Below, one piece after another: positions 52,078 to 63,866 of a stretch of DNA of 64,000 nt (positions within the stretch are counted from its first letter, which is position 1; each line of letters opens with the position of its first letter). Under the pieces are notes generated by a model. The model did no database searches and had not been told where the DNA came from. It saw nothing but the letters and a program-made list of their open reading frames with translations. The translations under genes and the position numbers were made by a program. This stretch comes from Octopus sinensis (lineage: Eukaryota): contig NC_043000.1 in NCBI RefSeq assembly GCF_006345805.1, positions 124,001-188,000 of the forward strand, written 5' to 3'.

Positions 52078-52432
52078 ATCTATCTATCTATCTATCTATC
52101 TAGATTTGATCTGTAAAATGGCGGTTCACATCCTGGCCGTCGTTGCACTTAATCAGATTATGTTTTGATATCGATATTTTATTAGAAAGCAAAGATTTCC
52201 AGAGCTGCTTCTCTTGTGTTACCTGGTGTTGGTGAAAGTCAACGGGCGCAGTAAAATGACTGTTGGTACTTTTAACACTTATTACCTAACGCAAGAATTT
52301 TTCTCAACGGCAAACCGCTGTGAAAACAGTTTTTTTCACAGGTCAACTATCTCTCAACTATATTTACACAAATCTAAATTCTGTTTACTCACAACACAGC
52401 TTTTATATCCTTTATACACTAACACATACATA
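51502..52432. repeat. Long inverted repeat whose centre holds a Tx1 3'UTR fragment
   Basis: Left arm 51502-51773 is the reverse complement of 52123-52432, lacking about 37 bp; right arm runs into (CATA)n. Confidence 0.85.
51777..51991 (+). mobile_element. Tx1-like LINE 3'UTR-only copy C, followed by (TCTA)n (51992-52101)
   Basis: 'cccctttacac..acgatccctattgat..aaaagaaaagctctaccttgtaa..gcagccctgtgtggccaataaagaaac'. Confidence 0.9.
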
Positions 52433-52479
52433 CATACATACATTCATACATACATACATACATACATACATACATACAT

Positions 52480-52514
<35 letters not shown>

Positions 52515-52603
52515 TACATACATACATACATACATACATAATACATACATACATACTACATACATACATACACATACATACATACATACATACATGCATA
52601 CAT

Positions 52604-52691
<88 letters not shown>

Positions 52692-52738
52692 AGTATATGA
52701 AAGAATGAAGTTGAACGACTAGTTAACAAGTATCCTTT

Positions 52739-52823
52739 ATTCTCGACATATGTTTCGAAGGCTGCATATTCCTAATTCCGAAGGAATAAGGAGTACATTA
52801 TGCAGATTTCTCATCAGGAAAAT
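52739..52823 (-). ncRNA. Type I hammerhead ribozyme motif (minus strand)
   Basis: Exact reverse complement of 53010-53094. Confidence 0.8.
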
Positions 52824-53009
52824 CAAGGAACTAATGTCGACATCAAAATGCACCAAAAACCTTTAGCTGACTGCTCTCAAGGAGCCCATGGCGATAATGA
52901 GTGTCTCTTTATGGTAGATTATAAAGAGACACTCATTATCGCCATGGGCTCCTTGAGAGCGGTCAGCTAAAATTTTTTTGTGCATTTTGATGTCGACATT
53001 AGTTCCTTG

Positions 53010-53094
53010 ATTTTCCTGATGAGAAATCTGCATAATGTACTCCTTATTCCTTCGGAATTAGGAATATGCAGCCTTCGAAACATATGTCGAGAAT
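53010..53094 (+). ncRNA. Type I hammerhead ribozyme motif with a canonical core
   Basis: ATTTTC-CTGATGA-G(extended stem II with CTGCATA/TATGCAG)C-GAAAC-ATAT-GTC-GAGAAT; GUC cut predicted after 53088; AATAAA at 53092-53097. Confidence 0.82.
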
Positions 53095-53290
53095 AAATGA
53101 TACTTGTTAACTAGTCGTTCAACTCCATTCTTTCATATACTTATAATTTTAAAATAAACATACAAATTTCCGCACGAAGCTATGGACGTAGCTTCAACCG
53201 TGTTCTTTCTGATGTGAATTAGCTACCCAAGTATCGGTTATCTTTCGAATTATCCTTAATAAGATAATTCATTCAATTACTCAAATATAT

Positions 53291-53340
<50 letters not shown>

Positions 53341-53344
53341 CGAA

Positions 53345-53544
53345 GGCAGCATATTCTTTGTCTATCTCCTTACCTGTTTGGAGATCTTAGGTAAAATTAT
53401 ACTAATGTGTCCATCTGTTTTAATTTGATTAAATCCTATGTCTTTATGCAGCTGAGGATTGCTCTGCATTTAAAATTGATCTAATGGTTGCATTTTTCAA
53501 CGGTCGTACTGCATTGCATCTGGCTTTCCTTGTTGCTTATTTTG

Positions 53545-53545
<1 letters not shown>
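53345..53545 (+). repeat. Single-arm copy of family H2 with a deleted hammerhead core, between (TA)n tracts
   Basis: Homologous to 31565-31770; ATGCAG-CTGAGGA...AAC-GGTC-GTA-CTGCAT, with about 20 nt including G12/A13 deleted. Confidence 0.8.
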
Positions 53546-53575
<30 letters not shown>

Positions 53576-53596
53576 CATATAGTTAGATAGATAGAT

Positions 53597-56500
53597 ATGT
53601 TTCTTTATTAGCCACACAGGGCTGCACACAGATAGAACAAATTACAAGGTAGAGCTTTTCTTTTGGGGGTAAAAAAAAGAGAGTGGTGGTTTTTGATCAA
53701 AAGGGATCGTAAAAGGAAAGAAAAAGGACAAAAAAGGGAGGGGTTTAAAAAAAGGGGGGGTGAATAATAGGGATCGTTATCACAGAAATGTCAATATGAA
53801 GTGTAAAGGGGAGGACAGGTGAGGTTTACCCGTGGAAAGAAAAGCCTACGGAAAAGACCACGGTAACCTCGGTCAATGAAGTCACATGTTATATTTCTTT
53901 TTTTTTTTTTTGCAAATAAGCAACTCTCTGTATTAATTTTTATGGTTCATAGAATCATAGTCAAGGTGGCTTCGTCATTCATACGTGCCATCCTTGCTAC
54001 ATTCACCCATCTTTTTTTAAAACATTCACTAGACAAAACTTGCCTCTCTACTCTCACTTTCCTCTTCAAGTGATACTTGAAGAAGTTGATGAGAGATTGA
54101 CCAGAGAGGAAAGTGTTTGTCTCTAATCCTTTCAGGCGCGTCCACCAGATACATTCTTTCGCCATAGCCACAAGTATGATAAAAATAGCTCTTCCTTCCC
54201 GTTTGAAGGAAGGAGGCGTGACGATATTAACGATAGACTCGGCTGATAAACCGACACGTCCCACACGTGACAGCAGTCGTTCGACATACGCCCACAGGTC
54301 GGAAATTGCTGGACACTGCACGATTGCGTGCAGAGCGGTTTCGTCGCTCTGCCCGCATCTCGGGCAGGTCGGCCCCGTGTTTCTCGAGCCATGCCTATAG
54401 AGCTTATCCCGAACGGGTAGCGCTTCTCGGTAGCACCGCCAGGCCAGGGATCTCTGGAAGTAGTCCATAGGTCCCGGGCCGAAAGTAGTTTGAAACAGGC
54501 GGGTCAGGTATTCCTCGTCGACGCCCAGGTTTGCCCCGAGCTCGTCGTCGTACCTCCCCTCCACTAAACCCCTATAGAATGCTTTGGTTGTGTTGAAGTC
54601 ACTCAAGGTCGACTCGGGACGGCAGAGTTGCTTGAGAGCAACGCGACACTCGCGGTGCCATTCGCCCTTCCTCGGCCTCTTTTTGATCCACGACTGCAGT
54701 TCGGTCATGGAGACGAGTTGCGGGAATGCGTGCCTCACAAACGGCGACCACACCTGTTCACCGTCGTCTACATAGAGCCGGAGATGTCGCAGTCTCAGCG
54801 CGTGTCTGCGCATCATCAACCACGGCATGCCCAGCCCTCCTTTTAACGGGTGTTGACAGCAAATGGATCGCCTGACCATCGGGACGCATCCTTTCCACAA
54901 GAAGCGGAAGAGAATGCGTTCTAGTTTGGTGATGGTAGGTCGGGACAAGGTACGACGGTCAGGCGGTAGTAGATGATGGACGCGATGTACGCGTTCACCA
55001 CCTCCGCCCGACCTTTTAGGGACAGTTTCCTCTCGGCCCATTGCTGGGCGAGAGTGACCACCCTACTCGTTATCTCGTTCCAGTTCTTCTCCATTTGGAG
55101 GTCCGGACCGAACCAGACCCCGAGCAACTCAACCGGGCCGTCTGTCCAGCGTCCCACGACGGAGGTACTGGTGGACGGCATGGGCTTGCTTCTCCAGGTG
55201 CCGAGCCGCAAACCCACTGACTTTTCCCGTTTGATTTTTGCTCCTGTCACCGCTTCGTAGTCTTTCAGTGTCTCGCCGACCCGCTCGATGTGCTCGTGGC
55301 TTGACACTATGACGGTGACGTCGTCCGCGTATGCAGACACGCTCGTCCCGCATCCCAATTCTCGCGGGATGCCCCTTAGAGTCGCCAGCTTCCGCAGTAG
55401 TGGCTCAAGAGTCAATACGTATAGAAGCGCCGAGAGGGGGCATCCCTGACGGACCGAACGTGCAATGTCGAAAGGTCTCGATAGATGTCCATTTACGCGA
55501 ATTACCGAACGGATGCCTCTGTACAAGGCAGCTATCCAACCGCGGAAGACGGGACCGAAACCAGCCGCTCTCAGGACTGCCTCCAAGTATCGATGGTCTA
55601 CCCTATCAAAGGCTTTCGATTGATCCAAGTTGATCAGGGCCCCACCCATGCCAGGTTCGTTAACTACCCTGTCTATGATGTAGCGCATCAGATGGAGGTT
55701 GTCATGGATGGTCCGGCCCGGCACGGCGCACGTTTGTGCGTTGTCGACCAGTTTCTCGATGACAAGCGCCAACCTCTTGGCTAACACCTTTGTCAAAATT
55801 TTCAGGTCTGCATTGAGCAGCGTGATTGGTCTAAAGTTATCTATAATGTTTCCCTTGTTTGGATCTTTCTTCAGCAGAGTTACAGCTCCTCGACTCACAA
55901 AACCGGGTATGCTCCCGTTTTGCTGCCAGTTGCAGTATACCGCTGCCAAGACGTCTCCAAACAGGTCTGGCATACAATTGTAAAACTCGTAGGGTAGACC
56001 ATCCAAACCCGGTGATTTGTCCCTCGAGCATTCTGCTATCGCTTCCTGCACTTCCGCCGCCGTGATGGCACCTTCGCAGCACCCCGCCTTTCTTGTCGAG
56101 AGTCGTGGCAGGCTATGTAGGTAGGCACTGAAGTCCACCCTACGTTCTTGCCCTCCACTCGTCCCGAACAGTCGGGCAAAATGCTGCTGAAAGGCCTCAC
56201 ACATTTTACTTGGCTCGAGCAATTCGCGCCCCTGTTCATCTACCAGTGACCGAATGGTGGCTTTGTTGCCCTGTTGCACCTCTGCCACCCGGGCCTCTCT
56301 CGCGGCTCCAACACCTTCGTTCCTTAGAGCACGCATCCTAGCTCTGACAGCACATCCTTCGTGTTTGGCGTTGAAGTGTTGGTCGAGGGCCAACCTCGCC
56401 GCCAAAACGTCGGATGCGATGCCGCTTCTAATTGCCTCTTCTAGCTTCTTAACTAGCTCACCCTCTACTCTATTTCTATCTATGGCTAGTGCTTTGCTGT

Positions 56501-57210
56501 ACCTAATCGCTTCTGCTTTTACTGCTCTCTTGAGGGCAAACCACCATTTGTTGTTGATGATGGCTCCCGTCAAAGCCCTCTTTACTAGTGTGCTAATCCG
56601 GTCTCTGAAAACTTGTCTGGACGGGAATGAGGCGTTCAGTTTCCAGTACCCAGGACCCTGTCTATGGGCCTTATCTAAGTCTAGCATACACGACACCAAT
56701 TTGTGATCCGTGTAGCTGACTGTGTGGAATTGTGGACATCCTAAGTTATCCTTGTCTACTGTCCTACACAGTATCCTATCTAGATACGATCTCGACGACC
56801 CACTGCGGTTGCTCCATGTCCACGTTGGTGCATTTGGGTGGTCGAGTCGGTACCTGTCAGACAGTTGGAATCGTCTGAGCAGGTCCCTGAGGCATTTGCA
56901 TCCCCTTCTGTTTCTGTCTCTACCCACGTAGTCTACATGCGTGTCCAAGGTAGCATTCCAATCCCCCACTAAGAGTAAAGGACGAGACGTTCCCAAGAAT
57001 ACTTCTAGACGTCGAAAGAAATCCGCCCGACCTGTTAAGGACGGTGCGTAGACTGATACGAGTCGAAAAGCGTACCCATTGCTGCCGTCAACATCCAGAA
57101 CGATCAGTCTACCCTCCGGGTCTACGAATATCGTCTTGACTTCGAGATCCAGGCTCTTGTGAAAAAGTACCGCGGTGCCACTACCGCCCATCCTCGGCAG
57201 ACAGGGAGCG
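53597..57210 (-). mobile_element. Tx1/L1-clade LINE copy D (5'-truncated within the endonuclease), flanked by (GATA)n on both sides
   Basis: (GATA)3 at 53584-53596 and (GATA)n at 57211-57285; 3'UTR nearly identical to copy A. Confidence 0.95.
53947..57191 (-). pseudogene. LINE ORF2: APE endonuclease, reverse transcriptase and zf-RVT, with a single -1 frameshift near 54938
   Basis: VGDWNATLD, SRSYLDRIL, SYTDHKLV; KSPGLDGLPYEFY, FRPITLLNADLKIL, LDQSKAFDRVDH, RQGCPLS, AYADDV; CPRCGQSDETALHAIVQC. ORFs 54921..57191 and 53947..55041 join if one C is restored in 'cccgacctacc'. Confidence 0.93.
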
Positions 57211-57285
<75 letters not shown>

Positions 57286-57916
57286 CGGTATATAGGTATG
57301 TATACGTAGAAGCGAAAACTTTATTTCGTGTTAATGAAACAATACTTCCGACTTGGATGTCTTTCTAAATTTCGTACATGCCAACAGAATAACCATTTGT
57401 TTCTGCATTTGCTATAATCTTTTACTCCACTAAGCCCTCTCCCCCACGTTTCTCTTCCTCCCTTCATCTGTCTATCCCTTTCAAAAAAGAAAAAATGAAT
57501 GAATAGATAGATAAATAATAAATAAATAAATAAGATAAAAAAAACAGGAACATATGTTTGTCTTTCACGTGGAGAACTATTGCAATCAGGAAAAAATAGC
57601 AAGTGAATATTTCATAAACAAAAATAAGTTCTCGCAAAATGAAGAGCAGTTGATTTACTGCGCACCGTGATCTGCAAAACTATTAATGTTTCATCAGAGA
57701 AGTTAGCTGATACTGCATTCGTAAATCGGTACGAAGCTATTGCTGTATTAAATAATAGTTTCACACCTCTTTAGTGCCAACTCACTTATAGATTGAGAAA
57801 CTGCAACGACTGTAACAGCTGCCGTAGAACAAAAAAAAAAAACAACAACTGTAACAACAACGGTGAAAGGAGACACTACAACAACAACAACAACTTACTA
57901 CTACTACTACTACTAC

Positions 57917-57951
<35 letters not shown>

Positions 57952-57989
57952 GTAGTAATAATAATGATGATGATAATGATGATGATGAT

Positions 57990-58185
57990 GATTTCAAATT
58001 TTTGCCTCAGTCTTCAAACCGGTACTTGTTTTATCGTTCCCAAAATGATGAAATGCAAAGGCGACCTCTGTAGAATTTGAACTCAGGATGTAAAGACGGA
58101 TGAAAAGCCGCTAAGCATTTTTACTCGACGTGCTAACGATTCTGCTAGCTCGCCACCTAAATAATAATAATAATAATAATAATAA

Positions 58186-58221
<36 letters not shown>

Positions 58222-58652
58222 CAGCAGTAGTAGTAGTAGTAGTAGTAGTAGTGATAATAATAATAATAATAATAATAATAATGTATTTCTTTACCACTCA
58301 CAAGGGGCTAAACACAGAGGGGACAAACAAGGACAGACGACAGACAAACAGATCCAGTGCGTAACTGCTACTTAATTTATCGACCCCGAAAGGATGAAGG
58401 GCAAAGTCAACCTCGGCGGAATTTGAACTCAGAACGTAACGGCGGACGAAATACGGCTATGCATTTCGCTTGGTGTGCTAATGCTTTCTACTATAGGCAC
58501 AAGGCCTGGATTTTGTGGGGAAGAGGATAATCGATTACATCGACCCCAGTACTCAACTGGTACTTAATTTATCGACCCCCCAAAAGGATGATAATCAAAG
58601 TCGACCCCGGCGGAATTTGAACTCAGGACGTAGTGGCGGACGAAATACCGAA
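57990..58652 (-). mobile_element. Cluster of three SINE family A units separated by (AAT)/(AGT)n
   Basis: Core repeated at about 58020-58160, 58350-58480 and 58520-58650; both tail types present. Confidence 0.85.
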
Positions 58653-58689
58653 TCATCGATCACAGTGTTCAACTGGTACTTATTTTAAC

Positions 58690-58820
58690 GATCTCGACAA
58701 GGCTTTGGCCGGCCCGTGGGTTTTGTAGAAATCACCTGCCCAAGGTGCCACGCAGTGGAACTGAACCCGGAACCATGTGGTTGGTAAGCAAGCTTCTTAC
58801 CACACAGCTACTCCTGCGCC
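58690..58820 (-). mobile_element. SINE family B, 5' part
   Basis: Reverse complement of 'ggcgcaggagtagctgtgtggtaagaagcttgcttaccaaccacatggttccgggttcagt.ccactgcgtggcaccttgggca'. Confidence 0.9.
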
Positions 58821-59224
58821 TGTATATATAATATATACACAATATACATACGTACAAACACGTATATTGTTTTTCTTTAACTAACTTATTAACAGAGCTA
58901 AACTCTTTATTAAAACTGTTTAAACAATTCTCTTTAGCAATTGGCTGTGTTGTTCGAGCCACCCCTATATCTAAAACAACACACAATGAACAATAGACGT
59001 TAAAATTAGGGAGAGGGATATACGAGAAACAATAACAATAGAAATGTCCCTACCCCGATCAGAACCGGAAGCAACAAGAACAACAAAAACACCATATACA
59101 AAGAACATCCATTAGATTATACATAAAAGTGTTTGTCAAATCTTAGAATACAACAGACTATTAAACTTCTCTGTCAGCAGTGGTGAATATGTCAGACGTT
59201 GGGATAACAAGATACAATAGGAGC

Positions 59225-59226
59225 AC

Positions 59227-59269
<43 letters not shown>

Positions 59270-59310
59270 GGTAGTAGTAGTGGTGGTGGTTGTTGTAACT
59301 ACTACTACTA

Positions 59311-59348
<38 letters not shown>

Positions 59349-59460
59349 ACTACCACAGCCACCACCATCATCATCGTCATCGTCGTCATCGTCATCATCG
59401 TCATCATCATCATCATCATCATCATCATCGTTGTCGTCGTCGTCGTCGTCAACGTCATTG
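59225..59460. repeat. Compound trinucleotide microsatellite (AGT/GGT/ACT/GCT/CAT/CGT)
   Basis: Direct tandem repeats. Confidence 0.95.
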
Positions 59461-59904
59461 TCCTCTTCTTCCCCCTCATTATAGCCATCACCAGTACTAT
59501 AAGGTGATCGTAGCTTTCTCTGCCAAAACAACAATGAAAACCCATTCTCTGACGCTAATTCTCAGATTTTGGTCAAATGGGGAAATTTATTTCCGTGGTT
59601 GTTTTTCTGCTGTCGACATTGTTTTTTTGTTGTTTAATCTTTAGTCATCTTCTCTCGAGGTAATCCCGTGTTACGCCTTCACCAGATGATCTCCTGTCAC
59701 AAGTCTACAGGCTCATTAAACCAGAGCTTATTTCACTTTCAATAGCATATTAGCGACCGGTAGCTGAATACAAACACCTAAACAGGGATCAATCCATCAC
59801 TGAGTTATTCTCCCTGCTACAGTTGATACTCATTTTCAGCTTGTTGTACTGGGTGTACAGCTGACACATAGCAAAAATATTCAGTCATTTGGGCACTAGT
59901 GCTT

Positions 59905-60240
59905 CAGAAAACTGATACTCATTTCGTGTACAGAGCACAAAACGAACTGTTTCGTCAGACACCAAGTAAACAGATACAGTCGCAAATTGGAGCCAGTCCT
60001 TGCGCAGGTAAAAAAAAAAGAGAGTGAAAACGAAAGCTTGCATGGTACGGTCATGTGTCCTGTCACAACTATGCGTCCAAAACAATTTTTAAAGGCACAG
60101 TTCAGGGAGGGCGAAAGGGAAGCAGATGGAGAAAATCCTAGTTTGTCAGCATCAAGGACTGGACAGATCAAAACACTGCAAACCTGCTATGCATGGCAGA
60201 AGACAAAGACCAGTGGCGACAGTTGGCTGCAAAATAACTT
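59905..60240 (+). mobile_element. 3' fragment of an RTE/RTEX-clade LINE
   Basis: EHKTN.FVR..V....EPVLAQVK, then KRKLAWYGHVSCHNYASKTILKGTVQGGRKGSRWRKS*..IKDWT..LLCMAEDKDQWRQL. Confidence 0.8.
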
Positions 60241-60669
60241 GCTGGGTTAGTTACAAAAGAAAGTGAAATGAAGGGTTTTGCTAAAAAAGAAAAAAAAAAT
60301 GAAAATGAATGAATTTAAGTGCTGGCGGATCGTGACCACGACTTCTACAGTAATGCGTCCAGCACTGTAGCAACAATGCCACGTGCCTTTACATCCCCCT
60401 TGAAGATAGATGCATTGTATTACGGCTGATATGGTGTTAAAAAAAAATAATGTTTTCACTTGATACTAGTATCAATTATATTTATATTCACAGCTTTGTG
60501 GTTTTGTAAGCATATTCAGTCGACTCCAGTACTTGATTGATTATATATTTTATGGACCTCAACAAAAATCTTAAGCTCGTTAAGACTTGAACTTAGAACG
60601 CAAAAAGGGTGGGAAAAAGTGCCGCAGACGTTTTGTGCACCACTCCACCGATTCTAATAGTAATAGATA

Positions 60670-61160
60670 TCGATTTCAAATTTTGACACAAGGCTAGCAA
60701 TTTTGGAGGAAGGATTAAGTCTAATACATCGACCCCAGTGTCAACTGGTACTTATTTTATCGACACCGAAAGAAGGAAAGGCAAAGTCGACCTTGACGGA
60801 ATTTGATCTCAGAACGTAGGGATGGACAAAATGCTGTTAACCATTTTGCCCAGCATGCTAACGATTCTGCTAGCTCACCGCCTTTATAGTAACAGATATT
60901 ATCAATAATTTTTCTAAGATCAGTTCAAGTCAATGATAAATAATAATTATGGTTTCGAAGTTTAGAACAAGCCTAGCAGTTTAAGTGGAGGGCGCAAGTC
61001 GATTACATCAACCCCAGAGCTCAACTAACATTCTATTATTGATCCCGAAAGGATGAATGGTAAAGTGGACCTCGGGGAATTTAAACACAGAAAGTAAAGT
61101 CGGAAGAACTGCCACTAAGCATTTTGCCCTAATCTCTAACGATTCTGCCAGCTCGGTGCC
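60670..61160 (-). mobile_element. Two SINE family A copies
   Basis: Core and head motifs at about 60670-60885 and 60950-61160. Confidence 0.85.
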
Positions 61161-61274
61161 TTAAAAATAAATATTAATAAAAAAAAAAGAATAGGCAGGA
61201 TTAGACAATGTAGTCTGGGCCGCAGTGTACTCTTTCTTATTGTCGAAGCACTGAATATCATGGACGTTCTATGC

Positions 61275-61560
61275 CAGCGATTTCCAACCGGGGTCCATGA
61301 TGCCCCTGAGGGTCCGTATAAGATTTTTTGGGGTCCATACAACAAAATGGTAAACTGGGGATCTACAATAGTATTTTTAGGGCCCCCGAAAAAATGTTGC
61401 TTCAGAAGTGTGTATTGGTATGTATCGCAAGAAACGGGTTTCTTTCTCTAGCATTTAACATAGTTCAACCTACGCAAGTTAATGTGCGAAATACCAAATA
61501 AGAATTTTGAAAGAAATATCTATAAAACTCGTTTGCAAACATCGCTTGGTTGTGAGGTGC
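61275..61560. mobile_element. One end of a hAT-type MITE
   Basis: Begins 'cagcgatttccaaccggggtccatg', a hAT-like TIR; no second TIR found. Confidence 0.45.
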
Positions 61561-61904
61561 TCCAGAATGAAATAGCAATTAAAAGTATCCTTAGATAAAA
61601 AGTCGTCTTGTGATATACAGAACACAATGTGAAGCGAAGCTATTATGCTAAACACACAAATCATAAGTGTCAGTGATATTTTCCATTGGTTCGTAGTCGA
61701 TATATCGGTAATATGTGAATTGTGGTCCTTAGTGCTTTCGTTTTGAGTATTAGGAATAGTGTAGTCGATATCAGTTTTGAAATTCGGGGATCAACGGTAT
61801 ACAAATAACGAAATACATTTTTTTTCGCTAATGCTTTACCATAGCATCAATCTGATATATAACAATAATGCAACAGACAGAATACCTATAAAAAAAAGAA
61901 CAAT

Positions 61905-62225
61905 TTGATTTCAAATTTTGGCACAAGGCCAGCAATCATGCGAAAGTTTCTCTCTCCACCATTCGATCGCCACAAACATAATCGTTATCACCTTTACAAT
62001 CTGTCATTAGCTCCACTAATACTATCCTCTCCGCCTTAATAATATCTCACCAATTATAAATTTACTATTATAAATTTACTATTATAAATTTACTACCGCT
62101 ACTCATTTTACCGACCCCGAAAGGATGAAAGGCAAAGTAAACCTCGGCGGGATTCGAACACAAAGTAAAGACAGACGATATGCCGCTAAGCATTTTGCCC
62201 GGCGTGCTCCCGATTCTGCCAGCTC
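61905..62225 (-). mobile_element. SINE family A, interrupted
   Basis: Tail 'tttcaaattttggcacaaggccagcaa' near 61905, core and head at 62100-62225. Confidence 0.75.
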
Positions 62226-62329
62226 GCAGATAATTTACAGTAATTCTGAGACCCACATCACTGGCATAGGCTGCAATATTTTCAGGCCCCCAAATTTTTA
62301 TCATCGTTATCCTTTTTCTTCTTCTCCTC

Positions 62330-62710
62330 CTCCTTCTGCTCGTCGTCGTCGTCATCCTCTTCCATTCTCATCCTCATCACCATTACCATTCTCATCATCC
62401 ACCCATCAGCATCACCACCGCTATCGTCAAGAAGTGGAGGTGATGGTGGTAGTAGCGGTGGTAGTTGTAGAGGTGGTGATGATGGTGGTAGGGGTGGTAG
62501 TGGTGGTGGTAGTAGTGGTGGTAGTTGTAGTGGTGGTGATGGTAGTGGTGATGATGTTGGTAGGGGTGGTAGTGGCGGTGGTGGTGGTGGTGGTGGTAGC
62601 GGTGATGGTGGTGGTGGTGGTGGTGGTGGTGGTAGAAGTGGTAGTGCTGTTACAGCTGCTGTTGCTGCTGCTGCTACTGCCACTGCTGCTGCTGCTGATG
62701 ATAATAATGA
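62330..62710. repeat. (GGT/GTA/GAT)n low-complexity trinucleotide tract
   Basis: Source of the poly-V and poly-P ORFs. Confidence 0.95.
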
Positions 62711-63311
62711 CCTGTGTCTGTGGTGAAACGAAAGACTAGAAATCGTATCTCTCTCTACGAAACAATACAAAATCAGAGAAAGAAAAAAACAAAAAAAACA
62801 CAAATACACAACAAACAAACAAATAAATAAAAATACAATGTCTGAAGTGTTGAGATAGACCAAACAAGACTGTTAGTGGAGCCAAGCTTCTATCATACAC
62901 ATCGCCATCGTGTCATTTTCTACTAAGTTTATCTCAGTTTTCGCCTTTTTGTCTTCGCAGTTTCGGCGCTTAATTTAGATTAGCAAGTCTCATCTATATA
63001 GAGCAGATGGCTCAGCTAACCGCCCGATGGTGTTCTGCTGGCTTGCTGGCTTTCGTTAAAAGCAATTTATGAGAACTGTTAAGCCTTCTAAAACTCTACT
63101 ACGATCTCCATTTTCATGTTGGATTTCGTTAATGATGTCGACTTAGCATCGATGGTATTGAGTAAAGAAAGCCATTTGGATAACGGAAAAAGCTATGTAC
63201 TTAGGTGGAGGTTAATACATCCATTTACACCTGGTGATCTTCTTCTTATCTTTGAGCCTTGTTTGTTTCTCTTGTATATAATGTTATATCATAATATTTA
63301 TGGTGGTGGAA

Positions 63312-63866
63312 GGCGGCGAGCTGGCAGAATCGTTAGCACGGCTGCCGTTACGTTGTGAGTTCAAATTCCACCGAGGTCAACTTTGCCTTTCATCCTTTCG
63401 GGGTCAATAAATTAAGTACCAGTTGCACATTGGGGTCGATGTAATTGACTTAATACCTATGCCTGTCCTTGTTTGTCCCTTATATGTTTAGCCCCTTGTG
63501 GGTAGTAAAGAAATAGGTATTTCGTCTGCTTTTACGTTCTGAGTTCAAATTCCGCCGAGGACGACTTTGCCTTTCATCATTTCGGGGTCGATTAAATAAG
63601 TACCAGTTACGCACTGGGGTCGATATAATCGACTTAATCCGTTTGTCTGTCCTTGTTTGTCCTTTCTGTGTTTAGCCCCTTGTGAGTAGTAAAGAAATAG
63701 GTATTTCGTCTGTCTTTACGTTCTGAGTTCAAATTCCGCCGAGGTCGACTTTGCCTTTCACCCTTTCGGGGTCGATAAATTAAGTACTAGTTGCGTACTA
63801 GGGTCAATCTAATCGACTGGCCCCTCCCCACAGATCTGGGGCCTAGCGCCTAAAGTAGAAAAGAAT
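63312..63866 (+). mobile_element. SINE family A trimer
   Basis: Headed unit plus two head-less units starting 'ggtatttcgtc' at 63516 and 63700 (184-bp period). Confidence 0.92.

Larger units (their letters stand above)
52690..53285. mobile_element. Foldback element, family H1, long copy with two complete hammerheads, between (TA)n tracts
   Basis: Arms 52690-52912 and 52921-53143 (223 nt, 6 mismatches), 8-nt spacer GGTAGATT, tail 53144-53285. Confidence 0.92.

Noticed and set aside
52285-52335. Possible eroded hammerhead in the 51502-52432 arms (cctaacgcaag...gtgaaaacag)
   Set aside because: Too many core changes to support without a family consensus.
45950-53143. Palindromes as sequencing or assembly artefacts (missed hairpin adapters)
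   Set aside because: The arms carry substitutions and indels, the palindromes stop at element-specific boundaries with shared tails, and one has a perfect TSD.
62125-62863. Proline-rich and valine-rich ORFs of about 200 aa
   Set aside because: Translations of a (GGT/GTA)n tract joined to a SINE.
63312-63866. CRISPR-like repeat array
   Set aside because: Eukaryotic context; the units are 184-bp SINE copies without unique spacers and there are no cas genes.
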